A stretch of 64,000 bases of DNA from an uncultured Candidatus Saccharibacteria bacterium (GCA_947425085.1 CANDYV010000001.1:11253-75252); one strand, 5' to 3'; counted from the first letter of the stretch, positions 20,097 to 31,174 are shown. Made by a program: numbers and translations. Notes: a model not told the origin generated them from the letters alone.

Positions 20097-21128
20097 ATGT
20101 ATCAGAAGTTCACTCAGTTTTTAGCCGACAAAAAGCGCATTTGTATTATTCAGGCCGAGAATCCCGACGGCGATTCGCTCGGCTCCGCCATTGCGCTCGA
20201 TTATATTTTGAAAGACACCGAGAACTCGCTTTATTGTCCGGTCGACTTGCCGACTTATCTCCACTATTTCCCGGATTGGTCGCGCGTCACGAACGAATTC
20301 GACTACAAAGCCGATGGCTATATTATCGTCGATACTGCCGCAGCAGTCTTGCTTTCGAAACTTCTCGACGACGTTGCGATTCGCAATTCGCTTTATAATA
20401 AACCCGTTCTCGTCATCGATCATCATGAAACGGAGGATGACCTCGACTTTCCGCATGAAGCTATTATCGAACCGCGCCCAGCTTGTGCTGATTTGATTTT
20501 TCAAATTGCCAAGGCAGAAAACTTGGCCGTTCCGAAAGAAGCCGCCGAAGCTCTCTATGCTGCGATTTCCTCCGATACGCTCGGCCTTGTCAGTGCTTCC
20601 GTCACCTCCGAAACTATGCGCACCATGGCTGAACTAATCGACCTCGGCGCAAATCCTGCCGAGCTTGATGAACGCCGTCGCGATTTTATGAAAAAATCTC
20701 CGCGCATTCTCGACTATAAGGCCGATTTGATTAAGCGCATTGAGTATTCGCTCGACGGGGAACTGGCGACTATTCACATTCCGTTCGAAGAAATCCAGGC
20801 TTATTCCAACGAATACAACCCGAACGTCCTAATTCTTGAAGAGATGCGCCTGATTGAAGGCGTGGTGGTTGCTATCGCGATTAAAACTTATCCGGATGGC
20901 AAAGTCACCGGCAAAGTTCGCACCGCCGAGCCGATCGCCGAGCAAATCGCTGGATATTTTGGCGGCGGCGGTCACCCTTACGCTGCCGGCTTCCGCACTT
21001 ACGATACGAACTATGAAGAAGTGGTCGCTGATGTCGTGCGAATTATGCCGGGGCTTCTCGAAGCTACTCGCGCTGAAAAACTTGCCCAGCAAAACACCGC
21101 CGATAAAACTTCCGAGCCGGCGGCATAA
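20097..21128 (+). CDS. DHH-family phosphoesterase (NrnA-like)
   Basis: NPDGDSLGS, VIDHH, SDT and GGGGHPYAAG. Confidence 0.9.
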   Translation: MYQKFTQFLADKKRICIIQAENPDGDSLGSAIALDYILKDTENSLYCPVDLPTYLHYFPDWSRVTNEFDYKADGYIIVDTAAAVLLSKLLDDVAIRNSLYNKPVLVIDHHETEDDLDFPHEAIIEPRPACADLIFQIAKAENLAVPKEAAEALYAAISSDTLGLVSASVTSETMRTMAELIDLGANPAELDERRRDFMKKSPRILDYKADLIKRIEYSLDGELATIHIPFEEIQAYSNEYNPNVLILEEMRLIEGVVVAIAIKTYPDGKVTGKVRTAEPIAEQIAGYFGGGGHPYAAGFRTYDTNYEEVVADVVRIMPGLLEATRAEKLAQQNTADKTSEPAA

Positions 21129-21994
21129 TGCTAACGCAAAAACTCTATAATGCATCCACTTGGGTCTGGCACAAGTGTTTCCGGGTTCCCGTTCGCCTCG
21201 AGGCAACTTATGATCGTAAAGTCAAAAAACCGGAACTGACCGTAGTATTTCTCCACGGTATTTCTGCCACCTCCGACACCTGGCGCACGACCTTGAAGCA
21301 ACTCGCGAGAGACCCTGATCTCGAGAAAGTTCGTCTCGTTGCTCTCGATCTGCTCGGCTTCGGCAAGTCACTTCGTGCCGATTGGCTCGATTATGATTAT
21401 CTCGATTATGACCAGGCGCTTGACCAAGCTTTGAAACATCTCCGCGTCAAAACTCCGGTTGTTCTTGTCGGACACTCCATGGGCTCGCTGATTGCCGCTG
21501 ATTATGCCACGAATTTTCATCCCAGCGTCGAACTTGCCGAACTTGTCCTTGTCTCGCCACCAGTTTTGATGGCCGAAGAGCTTGCCCGTCTTCCTGATAA
21601 AGCCTATACAAAAACCTATGGCTCGCTCCACAAGATTGCGACCGAAGTTCCGGCCGCCGACGTTCTGGCGCACCTCGTCCAGCGCTTCAGTAGTTTTCGT
21701 AGCACTTATATCCGCACCGCCGCCTTTGCGAAATCTATGGAGCAAGTCATCTTAAATCGTAAAAACTACCAAACTTACACCAAAATCCGCATCCCGACTA
21801 CTATTATTCACGGTCATTTCGATCCGCTCGTCATGCGTTCGAACTTGAAGCGCGCCGCCAAGCAAAACTCGCGCTACATTACTTATGTCAGCGTGATTGG
21901 CCAACATGACATTTCGGTCGGGAAACGTGCTAAAATATTAGCAGAGATAAAGAAGGTTCTGAAAAATGCCAGCAAACAAACTGAAACTGTATAA
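21128..21994 (+). CDS. Alpha/beta hydrolase
   Basis: VFLHG, DLLGFGKS, nucleophile elbow GHSMG, HG-FD, and a C-terminal H. Confidence 0.88.
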   Translation: MLTQKLYNASTWVWHKCFRVPVRLEATYDRKVKKPELTVVFLHGISATSDTWRTTLKQLARDPDLEKVRLVALDLLGFGKSLRADWLDYDYLDYDQALDQALKHLRVKTPVVLVGHSMGSLIAADYATNFHPSVELAELVLVSPPVLMAEELARLPDKAYTKTYGSLHKIATEVPAADVLAHLVQRFSSFRSTYIRTAAFAKSMEQVILNRKNYQTYTKIRIPTTIIHGHFDPLVMRSNLKRAAKQNSRYITYVSVIGQHDISVGKRAKILAEIKKVLKNASKQTETV

Positions 21995-23339
21995 TACTTT
22001 AAGCCGCAAGGTCGAAACTTTCACGCCGTTTAATGCCGGCGAAGTTAAAATTTATACTTGCGGCCCGACTGTTTATAGTCAGCCCCACATTGGCAATTTT
22101 GCGGCCTATATTTATTGGGATTTATTAATTCGGACTTTGAGAGCGCAGGGCTACAGTGTGAAGCGCGTCTTAAACTTGACCGATGTCGGACATCTAACTT
22201 CCGACGCCGACGACGGTGAAGATAAGCTTGAAAAAGGTGCGCGTCTGACCGGAAAAACCGTCTGGGAAGTCGCCGAGTTCTATATCGATAAGTTTCTCGC
22301 CGACTATAGCGCGCTCGATTTGACCCCGCCCGACCTTCTCGCCCGCGCGACGGATTATATCCCGGAAGACATTGAACTGGTTGATATTTTGACTGCAAAG
22401 GGCTATACTTACGAAACTCGCGACGGTATATATTATAATACCGCGAAGTTCCCGCATTATGCCGACTTCGCTCGACTTGATCTCGACAACTTGAAGGCTG
22501 GCGCTCGTGTTGAGTTCTCTGACGAAAAGTTAAATCCTTCCGATTTTGCGGTCTGGAAGTTTATCCAGCCTGGCGAGAAACACGAAATGCGCTGGGATTA
22601 TCTCGGTCGCCCCGGCTATCCCGGCTGGCATCTTGAATGTTCGACGATTATTCATACCGAACTTGGCGAGACTATCGATATTCATGCTGGCGGCATCGAC
22701 CATATTCCTACCCACCACACCAACGAAATCGCCCAGAGCGAAGCCGCCTTCGAGAAAAAACTCGCCAAATATTGGATCCATTGTAATCATCTTACCTCTG
22801 AAGGTCAAAAAATCTCCAAGTCGCTCGGCAACGGATATTCGCTCGCCGACCTCGCCGAGAAAGGATACTCGCCGCTCGACTTCAAGATGTGGGTTTTGCA
22901 AGGGCATTATCAATCCGAGCGCGACTTTAGCCTCGAGAACCTCGAGGCCGCACGCATTCGCCGCTTGAACTGGCGCAATCGTATCGCGAAATGCTACCAA
23001 ACTTCCGCCGGCTCCTCAACTACAACTTCTGACGCTATCGCCGACATTATTGATGCCCTCGACGACAACCTGAACTCCCCGAAGGCTTTCGCCATTATCG
23101 ACGCCGTCACGAATGACGACCTTGATTTTTGGCAACAAATCGACCACCTCTTCGGGTTAGGTCTACTCTCTGACTCGCCTGAGCTTGGCTCTGCTGCCAA
23201 AAAGCTCCTTGAAGAGCGCCAAGCCGCTCGCGCCGCGAAAGATTTCGCGACCTCGGACCGTCTACGTGACGAGCTATTGGCGCAAAATATCTCTGTACTC
23301 GATTCGAAAGACGGTCAAATCTGGCAATATGCCCGCTAA
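21966..23339 (+). CDS. cysS: Cysteine--tRNA ligase
   Basis: CGPTVY, HIGN, PGWHLECS, HHTNE and KISKS. Confidence 0.96.
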   Translation: MPANKLKLYNTLSRKVETFTPFNAGEVKIYTCGPTVYSQPHIGNFAAYIYWDLLIRTLRAQGYSVKRVLNLTDVGHLTSDADDGEDKLEKGARLTGKTVWEVAEFYIDKFLADYSALDLTPPDLLARATDYIPEDIELVDILTAKGYTYETRDGIYYNTAKFPHYADFARLDLDNLKAGARVEFSDEKLNPSDFAVWKFIQPGEKHEMRWDYLGRPGYPGWHLECSTIIHTELGETIDIHAGGIDHIPTHHTNEIAQSEAAFEKKLAKYWIHCNHLTSEGQKISKSLGNGYSLADLAEKGYSPLDFKMWVLQGHYQSERDFSLENLEAARIRRLNWRNRIAKCYQTSAGSSTTTSDAIADIIDALDDNLNSPKAFAIIDAVTNDDLDFWQQIDHLFGLGLLSDSPELGSAAKKLLEERQAARAAKDFATSDRLRDELLAQNISVLDSKDGQIWQYAR

Positions 23340-23385
23340 ACTATGACATGTGTTATAATAGATATAATAATTTTGGAGGTCATTC

Positions 23386-24231
23386 ATGAATCAAGACAAA
23401 CCCGGCTTCTTCGCCCGCAAATATAACCCCAGCGAAGAAAGTTTGCTTAATATTTTCAAAACCCCGAAAATCTGGGGTGCGCTCCTTGGCGAAGTGCTCG
23501 GTACTATGCTTCTGACTATGTTGCTCATGTGCACAATCGGCATGTTCCGTGTCGACTTTGTGCCAATCTTCTTAATGTGCGCCGTCATCGGCATTTACGT
23601 TGTTATCGTTAAACTTTCTGGCGCTCAACTCAACCCGCTCGTCACCGCTGGCATGATGGCGACTCGCCGCATGTCTGCAATTCGCGGCGTGCTCTATATT
23701 CTATCTCAGGTCGTTGGTGCTTGGATTGCTTCGCTTTTGCTTAACGCCTTCCGCCTTGGTGGTAGCGGCGACGTCGGAGGAACCCTTCCCGAGCTTATTG
23801 AAGCCACCGGCGAAAACTTCTGGGCACTCACCTTTATTAGCCTCCTCTGCGCTGTTATTTTAGCCTTCTGTTTCGCTCGTGCTATTCGCTATGCTAAAAA
23901 GAATACTTTGGTTTTCGCCTTTACCGTTGCGAGCAGCATTGTCCTGACTTATTTGTTGAGCGTGGTGATTTCGCAGAACTTCTTTGGCCTTACTGAAAGC
24001 ATCGTCTTCAACCCCGCCTCCGCTCTTATGTATGGCGTCTTGCCGACCACGGCCGAAAACTTTGGCGCCCTCGCGAGTAGTGCCGGTCTAGCTCTTGCAG
24101 TTTATGTCTTGGTCCCGGTCATCGGCGGCATTGTTGGCTTCTACCTCTCCGATCTTGCGGCTCGCCTCGCAGGGCCGGCCTACCAGTTCGAGGAAGACCG
24201 TTGCCAGAACTCGAAAGAACTAAACGCTTAA
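23386..24231 (+). CDS. MIP/aquaporin family channel
   Basis: SGAQLNPLVT and FNPA boxes, about 6 TMs. Confidence 0.85.
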   Translation: MNQDKPGFFARKYNPSEESLLNIFKTPKIWGALLGEVLGTMLLTMLLMCTIGMFRVDFVPIFLMCAVIGIYVVIVKLSGAQLNPLVTAGMMATRRMSAIRGVLYILSQVVGAWIASLLLNAFRLGGSGDVGGTLPELIEATGENFWALTFISLLCAVILAFCFARAIRYAKKNTLVFAFTVASSIVLTYLLSVVISQNFFGLTESIVFNPASALMYGVLPTTAENFGALASSAGLALAVYVLVPVIGGIVGFYLSDLAARLAGPAYQFEEDRCQNSKELNA

Positions 24232-24268
24232 CGTTGCGCACTAGCTGCAGCCATGTTAGAATAAAGCA

Positions 24269-25048
24269 ATGGAAAAAGTTATTGAGGTAAAAAACTTAGT
24301 CAAAGTTTACGGCAAGCGTTCCGCCGCCTTCACCGCGCTCAAACACCTTAATCTAGATATCTACAAAGGCGAGTCGGTCGCTATCATCGGCAAGTCCGGC
24401 TCTGGCAAGTCTACGCTAATGCACCTACTCGCTCTTCTTGATAAGCCAACTTCTGGCACTATCGAGATCAACGGGGTCGATTCGACTAAACTCCGTGCCC
24501 GCAAGCTTAACCAACTTCGCAACCAGAGTTTCGGCTTTGTCTTCCAGCAATTCTTCATGAACCCGAATGATACCGTCCTTGAAAATGTCATGCTTCCGCT
24601 CAAAATCGCCGGCGTGAGGCGCAAGAAGCGCAAAGAGCTTGCAACTAAAGCTTTACATACGGTCGGGCTTGAAGAACGTCTTAAATTCAAGGCTAACGAC
24701 CTTTCCGGCGGCCAGAAGCAGCGCGTCTGTATTGCCCGTGCGCTCGTGAACGATCCGAGCATCATTTTTGCCGACGAACCGACCGGGAATCTCGACTCGA
24801 CAACTGGCGACAAAATCATCAAACTTCTCTTTGACGCCAACAAAAAAGGCACGACCTTGATTATCGTTACTCATGATGAAGACCTAGCGAAGCTTTGTGA
24901 TCGCCAAGTTCGTATCATGGATGGCGAAATCGTCGAGGATACTGGCGCCAAATCGCAAAAGTCATCCAAGAAACCAAACTCGCAGTCGAAAAACGCCAAG
25001 ACCTCTATGTCGAACGCTAAACCTGCCAAGAAAGGAGCTAAAAAGTAA
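24269..25048 (+). CDS. ABC transporter ATP-binding protein (LolD/MacB-type)
   Basis: GKSGSGKST, LSGGQKQR, ADEPTGNLD and VTHD. Confidence 0.93.
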   Translation: MEKVIEVKNLVKVYGKRSAAFTALKHLNLDIYKGESVAIIGKSGSGKSTLMHLLALLDKPTSGTIEINGVDSTKLRARKLNQLRNQSFGFVFQQFFMNPNDTVLENVMLPLKIAGVRRKKRKELATKALHTVGLEERLKFKANDLSGGQKQRVCIARALVNDPSIIFADEPTGNLDSTTGDKIIKLLFDANKKGTTLIIVTHDEDLAKLCDRQVRIMDGEIVEDTGAKSQKSSKKPNSQSKNAKTSMSNAKPAKKGAKK

Positions 25049-26340
25049 TGGGACTTTTTGAGATTATCAAGACCGCTAATCATAACCTTTTTCGCAACAA
25101 AGTCCGCACTTTTCTAACTATTCTTGCGATTTTCGTAGGTAGTTTTACGATCGTTCTGAATGTTGCTATCAATGCCGGCGTCAACTCTTTCATCGACAAG
25201 CAAACCGCTAGCCTTGGTGGTGATGATTACATTATGATCACTAGCAGCGGAGCTGTCGGTATGATGAACTCCATGATGTCGACCTCGAGCGAACCGACCG
25301 AATATAATCCGAACCAGACCCTCTCCGCCATGAATAAGGAACAGCTCGATAAGCTTGGCAAAATTGATGGTCTAAACCCAGATGACTTCTACATCGCAAA
25401 GCAAATACCGGTCGAATATATCACAAGCAAAGAAACTGACAAGAAATATAACATCACGGTCGGCGCGATGCCTCCAGGCGAATTTAATATTGCGACCACC
25501 GCCGGCACCTTGCCGAGCCAGGATACTAAGGAATACGAAATTACGCTTGAGCCTGGTTACCCGAAAGCGCTCGGATTCGGTTCCGACGAAGATGCTATCG
25601 GCAAAACCGTCACTCTTGTCATGCTCGATACGATGACGAATAAGCCCATTGAGTTTAAAGCCAAAGTTGTTGGTGTTCAGGCGCCGGGCGTCGTCGCCGT
25701 GAACGGCTCGATTATCAGTCGCGCCCTCGAAGATGCAATGTATGAAGAAGGCACAAAATACTACCCTGCCGAACAGAAAGAACTTGTTTACGCCATCCAA
25801 ACTCGTTTTGATAACTCAAAATACACCGAAGATGAAATCAAAGCCAAGCTAAAAGAGGCCGGTTTCGTTGGCCTTACCGTTTCCGACATGATGGGAATGA
25901 TTCGCACCTTCTTCGACGTCATCATGATCGTCTTCACGATTTTTGGCGGGATTGCCTTGCTAGCCGCTTCGATCGGCATTATCAACACCCTCCTCATGTC
26001 GGTCGAGGAACGGACTCGCGAAATTGGTCTTGATAAAGCGCTCGGTATGTCTTCCGGCAGGATTTTCCTTGAATTTGCCGTCGAAGCTATTGCGCTCGGT
26101 TTTTGGGGTTCCGCATTCGGCGTTCTTGTCGCTATCATCATCGGCAATATCACAAACACCCTTGTTCACGCTCCAGGCGGATTCCTGGAAGCTCTGCCGA
26201 CCTTTAATCTCTTCGAATTCACGCCGGCTAATGTCATCCCGATTATTCTTATCGTTATGTTCATCGCCTTTCTCGCTGGCACAGCCCCAGCCTGGAAGGC
26301 TGCCCATAAGAACCCAATCGACGCCCTTCGCTACGAGTAA
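25048..26340 (+). CDS. ABC transporter permease (MacB/FtsX-type)
   Basis: RNKVRTFLTILAI, GIINTLLMSVEERTREIG and NPIDALRYE. Confidence 0.92.
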   Translation: MGLFEIIKTANHNLFRNKVRTFLTILAIFVGSFTIVLNVAINAGVNSFIDKQTASLGGDDYIMITSSGAVGMMNSMMSTSSEPTEYNPNQTLSAMNKEQLDKLGKIDGLNPDDFYIAKQIPVEYITSKETDKKYNITVGAMPPGEFNIATTAGTLPSQDTKEYEITLEPGYPKALGFGSDEDAIGKTVTLVMLDTMTNKPIEFKAKVVGVQAPGVVAVNGSIISRALEDAMYEEGTKYYPAEQKELVYAIQTRFDNSKYTEDEIKAKLKEAGFVGLTVSDMMGMIRTFFDVIMIVFTIFGGIALLAASIGIINTLLMSVEERTREIGLDKALGMSSGRIFLEFAVEAIALGFWGSAFGVLVAIIIGNITNTLVHAPGGFLEALPTFNLFEFTPANVIPIILIVMFIAFLAGTAPAWKAAHKNPIDALRYE

Positions 26341-26351
26341 GCCGCGAGCAA

Positions 26352-26435
26352 AATATATCACAGAACGAATAAAACTACCCAAAATGAGTCGAAACAAATC
26401 GAAAAAAGCCCCAGAATATATCACAGAACGAATAA
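26352..26435 (+). repeat. 21-bp perfect direct repeat (period 63) spanning the methyltransferase start
   Basis: aatatatcacagaacgaataa at 26352-26372 and 26415-26435. Confidence 0.85.
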
Positions 26436-27790
26436 CTATCGAGAAGTTAGTTCCTGGCGGACAGGGTCTTGCGACGCTTTCCGATGGTGAAAATAGTGGC
26501 AAGAAAGTCTTTCTCTGGAATGCCTTGCCTGGCGAAATTGCCACCAGAATCCAGCTCACCAAAAATAAAAGCACTTACGCCGAGGGAATTGTCCTCGATT
26601 TCGAAAACCCCTCTCCGCATCGCATCCCGCCACGCGACGATTGCTACTTATCAACTTCGCCTTGGCAGATTATGACTTATGATTATGAACTGGAGCAAAA
26701 ACATGCGCTACTTCAAGAGATTTTCCGCCAGCAGAAAATCGATTTACCGAGCCAAGTTGAAATCGCGCCCGTCCAGACCGACGGCAAGGATTTTCATTAT
26801 CGCAACAAAATGGAGTACGCGCTGTATTTCGACCACAGCGACCAGAAGATTCATCCCGCCTTCCGCACTCGCGGCAGCCATCAAAAAGTCATTGTCGACT
26901 CATCTAGCCTTGAACGACCTGAGATTTTTCAAAAAGCCCAGCAAATTATCGCCGAGCTGAACGAAAAACATGATGAAGCTCGCAAATACCAATCGCTTCT
27001 ACTCCGCGCCAATCAATCCGGCGAAGTGAGCGGTGGTCTGATTGAGAATCATCAACCTCGCCCGAGGTTTAGCCTGCTCGAAGATGCAATTCTCGGCCAG
27101 ACTTACTCCTACTCGCCGAACGGCTTCTTCCAGATTAACCTGCCGGTCTACGAAATGGCGCTTCGCGAAATCGAGAAAGAAATTGAGAAAGAAATTGAGA
27201 AAGAAATCCAACAAGAAACCTGGCAGCAAGAAATCCACCCCGCCACCGCGCAGGCGCAAAACTCTCACCAGCCGCGCCCACGAAAAGTCCTCGACCTCTA
27301 CGCCGGGGTTGGCACGATCGGTCTCTCGGTCGCCCGCGACCAAGACCTAACCCTTGTCGAGTGTGACAAACCAGCCTATCTTGAGATGGAGCGCAACTGT
27401 CAAGAGGCTCGCCGTCAGGGGGCAAACGTTCACCCCGTTCTTGCGAAATCCGAAGAAGCTCTCGATTATATTGAGCCAGAGCAAATCGTAATCGTTGACC
27501 CTCCGCGCGCTGGTTGTCGCCCCGAGCTTCTTGATAAGTTTCTCGAAGTTCGGCCCGAGGTCATTATCTATCTCTCCTGTAACCCAGCCACTCAGGCACG
27601 CGACCTCAAAATCCTTACCAGTCCTCGCCCCGTCACGGATAATTCAACCGCTACTACGCCAGACAGCCCAGCCTACGAAATTAAAAAAGTTATCCCGTTT
27701 AACTTTTTCCCGCGTACGCCGCATCTCGAAAACCTCGTCATACTTCACAAAAAGTCCGCCGTCAATCAAAATCTTAAGCCCGCCAGCTAA
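26384..27790 (+). CDS. TRAM-domain RNA (uracil-5)-methyltransferase (RlmD/TrmA family)
   Basis: Start re-called at ATG 26384. IEKLVPGGQG, ALPGE, YRNKMEY, FFQIN, DLYAGVG, VDPPRAG, YLSCNPAT and FFPRTPHLE. Confidence 0.9.
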   Translation: MSRNKSKKAPEYITERITIEKLVPGGQGLATLSDGENSGKKVFLWNALPGEIATRIQLTKNKSTYAEGIVLDFENPSPHRIPPRDDCYLSTSPWQIMTYDYELEQKHALLQEIFRQQKIDLPSQVEIAPVQTDGKDFHYRNKMEYALYFDHSDQKIHPAFRTRGSHQKVIVDSSSLERPEIFQKAQQIIAELNEKHDEARKYQSLLLRANQSGEVSGGLIENHQPRPRFSLLEDAILGQTYSYSPNGFFQINLPVYEMALREIEKEIEKEIEKEIQQETWQQEIHPATAQAQNSHQPRPRKVLDLYAGVGTIGLSVARDQDLTLVECDKPAYLEMERNCQEARRQGANVHPVLAKSEEALDYIEPEQIVIVDPPRAGCRPELLDKFLEVRPEVIIYLSCNPATQARDLKILTSPRPVTDNSTATTPDSPAYEIKKVIPFNFFPRTPHLENLVILHKKSAVNQNLKPAS

Positions 27791-27817
27791 CAACCCTCGC
27801 CAAGAAAGGAACCCACC

Positions 27818-30800
27818 ATGCCGCTCAATCAACAACAAAAAGAGGCCGTCGAATACCTAGAAGGGCCGCTCTTGGTTTTGGCAGGTCCCGGGACTGGCAA
27901 GACTCAGCTCCTTTCCGCGAAGGTCGCCTATATTCTCGAACATACCGACGCTAACCCCGAGAACATCCTCTGCCTCACCTTTACAGACGCTGGCGCCGAG
28001 AATATGCGCGACCGTCTTCAGACTATGATTGGCAAGGCAGCTCTTGATGTTAATATCTACACTTATCACGCTTTCGGCGCGAATCTGCTTGAACGCTACA
28101 AAAACTACGCTGAAACTCTCGACCGCAAGCTTGACGCCCCGATCGACCAAACCGCGCAGTACAAAATCGTTGCCGACATTCAGAAATCGCTCCCCGCGAC
28201 CGACATCCTCAAAAACTCCGGCACGAAAGATATTATTGATACGATTTCAAGCGCGAAATCCGCTCGCCTCACCGCGAGCGACCTTCAGAAAATCGCCACT
28301 CAAAACACCGAAGATAGCCTAGCGATTAGCGCCGAGATTTCGCCGATTTTCCTTGCCGCCCCGCCCCGTCTGAAATTCGACCAAGCCCTAGAAGAAGTCT
28401 ATGAGCCCGTCCTCGAAATCCTCGCGAAATATACCTCGCCCAAGCCGATTGTCGGCAATATCGAACGCATCGCGAATACGATGCTTCGCGAGCTGAACCA
28501 AGTTATTGAAGAAATCCAAAATACCGACCCCGGAGTCACCGCCACCGGCAAACCGAAACAGCCCAGCGTCCAGCCGCTTTCCGCCTGGAAGAAAAAGTAT
28601 GTCGAAATCTTTGACGCTGGCGACCGCAAGCATCCCGCTCCTGCCTATCGCCTCTCTGATACCATCGCCAATAAAAAGCTTTTCTCGCTCGCACATATCA
28701 TGGAAAAATACGACCAGTATCTCGCTGCGAACGGACTTTTTGACTTCGATGATATGATTGAGTATGCTATCCATTATCTCAAGACCGACCGCGGTTTCCG
28801 CCTTAGTCTCTCCGAACTTTTCCAATATATCCTGCTCGACGAGTTCCAAGACACGAACCCGTCTCAATTCGAGCTAATTAAGCTTCTTACCGACTACGAA
28901 AAGCCACTCATCATGGCGGTCGGCGACGACGACCAGGCGATTTATGAGTTCCAGGGCGCGAACGCTTCGAATCTCATGGATTTCGAGCAACATTACGGCG
29001 CAAAAGTTATTACTCTGGTCGACAACTACCGCAGCATCGGCGCCGTTCTCGAGTTTTCCAAACACATTGCTGACCAAATCACCGACAGTTTCGCCAAAAA
29101 CTACGATGAAGTCGACAAAACTCTCCATTCCATGCAGGACGAGTGGAACGGCAAGCCGGAAACTCCCGAAATCGAGCGTCACGAGTTTTCTTGCCCTGAG
29201 GCGGAATACTATTGGATCGCCGAGAAAATCCGTGGGCTGGTCGATGCCGGCGAAGATCCGAACGAAATCGCCATCCTTGCTCCGAAGCATAAAAATATCG
29301 CCCCAATCCTCCCCTATCTCAAGGCGAAAAACCTCGATGCCACTTACGAAAAGCGCGACAACCTCCTTCAGGACGACAAAATTCGCCCTCTCCTCACGAT
29401 TGCCCGCTTCGTTTACGAACTTGCCGAAGGGAAGAAACCCGCGCATCGCCTCCTCGAGATTCTTTCTTACGATTTTTGGGGCATTCCGTCCGGCGTTGTC
29501 ATTGGCGCCATTGAATCCAGCCGCACGACGAATAAGCCGACCCTGAGTTACCTTTCTGGCGACGAGCGCCTCGAGAATCTCGCCGATTTCTTCGCGAACC
29601 TTGCGACCGCTTCGGCGACCGCTCCGCTTGAGCTCTGGCTCGACTATCTGACTGGTGCCGCGCCTCTCAACAACTTCACCTCGCCTTTCCTGAATTATTA
29701 TGACCAGCACGCCACCGCCTTCGAGAAGCTCGAGTTCTATGAGAATCTTGCCACTTTCCGCCAAACCATCCTCGCCCACGCGAAAAGTCTCGACCCAACC
29801 GCTTCGCTCGACGCCCCGAAACTGAAAGATTTCATCGCCACGCTCGACGACTATGAAGCGGCCGACGCCGAAATTATGCGCATCAGTACTTATCGCGACG
29901 ATAGTCAAGCCGTCCAGGTCATGACCGCCTTCAAGAGCAAGGGTCTTGAGTTTAAGCATGTCTTCCTAACCTCGGTCGACGACTCCGCCTGGGGTAAGGC
30001 TAAGGGTAACAACAACCTCCTCGCCCTCCCGAAAAACCTCGTCAGCATCCGCCACACCGGCGCCAGCGACGACGAGAAACTTCGCGTCCTTTTCGTTGCC
30101 ATTACCCGCGCAAAGCAAAGCCTCTACCTCACCAACTCTCGCCTCGCCCCGAGCGGCAAAGAAATTCATCGCCTCGCCTACCTCGAAGAGGATAGCCGCG
30201 ACAGCGTCGCCGGGGAATCGCCTTATCTTCCGACCTCCGACAAAATCATCCACCTTCACGACGGCGATCTCGACGCCTCGCAGAAAATCGAGACCAAACG
30301 CCTCAGCTGGATCTCCGCCTACCAGAACATCGAACCGTCCAAGATTGAACCGCTGTTGAAGGCCCGCCTTGAGAATTATCGCCTCACCGCTTCCGATCTA
30401 ACCACCTTCATCGACCTGACTTACGCTGGCCCCCAGGCCCTCTATCAGCGCAAAGTCCTCCGCGCTCCCGACGAGCCGGTCAGCCGCGCCCTCTGTTACG
30501 GCACTCTAATTCACTCTGTTTTCGAGCAAGTCACTAGCCAATCAATTGACGACGCAGCCGCCCTCGAACTTTTCAAAAACACCGTCCCCCGCACCGCGCT
30601 CGAGCCCGAAGAGCAGCGAGCGCTCCTCGAACAAGGCGCGCACGACCTTAGCATCGCCCTCGCCGAGTTTAGCGACATTCTCCGTCATCCGAACGCCCGC
30701 GCCGAAGCCAACCTCTCTCCTGAAAAATTAAGTTTCGACGGCGTCCCCCTGACCGGCAAAATCGACCACATCAACCTCGACGAAGCCGCCAAGACCATCG

Positions 30801-31174
30801 AAGTCTACGATTTCAAAACCGGCACCTTCCACGACGGTAAGTGGGACGGCCGCCCCTCTCTCTATAAATACCGCCTCCAGCTCGGTTTCTACAAGCTCCT
30901 CCTGAATCTCTCCCCGACCTATAGCAAATACAAGGTTACCCGCGGCCACATCCTCTTTGTCACCCCTGACGCCGACGAAAAAGTCCACGACAAGGTCTAC
31001 GAGTATAACGACACCGACGAGACTGAACTGAAATCCCTCATCAAAGCCGTCTACGCCCAGGTCAAATCCCTTGATTTTGTCAAGAATCCCGATCTCTTCC
31101 TCTCAGCCAACAAAGACAACACCATGAAAGACATCCGCGCCTTCGTTGAATTGCTCATTTCCGATTCCGAATGA
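27818..31174 (+). CDS. UvrD-type ATP-dependent helicase fused to a C-terminal PD-(D/E)XK nuclease (AddA/AdnB-like)
   Basis: AGPGTGKT, LDEFQD, VGDDDQAIY, SKGLEF and FVAITRAK. C-terminal GKID...VYDFKTG...QLGFY. Confidence 0.92.
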   Translation: MPLNQQQKEAVEYLEGPLLVLAGPGTGKTQLLSAKVAYILEHTDANPENILCLTFTDAGAENMRDRLQTMIGKAALDVNIYTYHAFGANLLERYKNYAETLDRKLDAPIDQTAQYKIVADIQKSLPATDILKNSGTKDIIDTISSAKSARLTASDLQKIATQNTEDSLAISAEISPIFLAAPPRLKFDQALEEVYEPVLEILAKYTSPKPIVGNIERIANTMLRELNQVIEEIQNTDPGVTATGKPKQPSVQPLSAWKKKYVEIFDAGDRKHPAPAYRLSDTIANKKLFSLAHIMEKYDQYLAANGLFDFDDMIEYAIHYLKTDRGFRLSLSELFQYILLDEFQDTNPSQFELIKLLTDYEKPLIMAVGDDDQAIYEFQGANASNLMDFEQHYGAKVITLVDNYRSIGAVLEFSKHIADQITDSFAKNYDEVDKTLHSMQDEWNGKPETPEIERHEFSCPEAEYYWIAEKIRGLVDAGEDPNEIAILAPKHKNIAPILPYLKAKNLDATYEKRDNLLQDDKIRPLLTIARFVYELAEGKKPAHRLLEILSYDFWGIPSGVVIGAIESSRTTNKPTLSYLSGDERLENLADFFANLATASATAPLELWLDYLTGAAPLNNFTSPFLNYYDQHATAFEKLEFYENLATFRQTILAHAKSLDPTASLDAPKLKDFIATLDDYEAADAEIMRISTYRDDSQAVQVMTAFKSKGLEFKHVFLTSVDDSAWGKAKGNNNLLALPKNLVSIRHTGASDDEKLRVLFVAITRAKQSLYLTNSRLAPSGKEIHRLAYLEEDSRDSVAGESPYLPTSDKIIHLHDGDLDASQKIETKRLSWISAYQNIEPSKIEPLLKARLENYRLTASDLTTFIDLTYAGPQALYQRKVLRAPDEPVSRALCYGTLIHSVFEQVTSQSIDDAAALELFKNTVPRTALEPEEQRALLEQGAHDLSIALAEFSDILRHPNARAEANLSPEKLSFDGVPLTGKIDHINLDEAAKTIEVYDFKTGTFHDGKWDGRPSLYKYRLQLGFYKLLLNLSPTYSKYKVTRGHILFVTPDADEKVHDKVYEYNDTDETELKSLIKAVYAQVKSLDFVKNPDLFLSANKDNTMKDIRAFVELLISDSE

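Noticed and set aside
26024-26383. Long N-terminal extensions in the ORF track (26024, 38968, 45556, 13853, 9042, 53374)
   Set aside because: They overlap upstream genes, promoters or leaders. Internal ATGs match family N-termini and promoter/SD positions.
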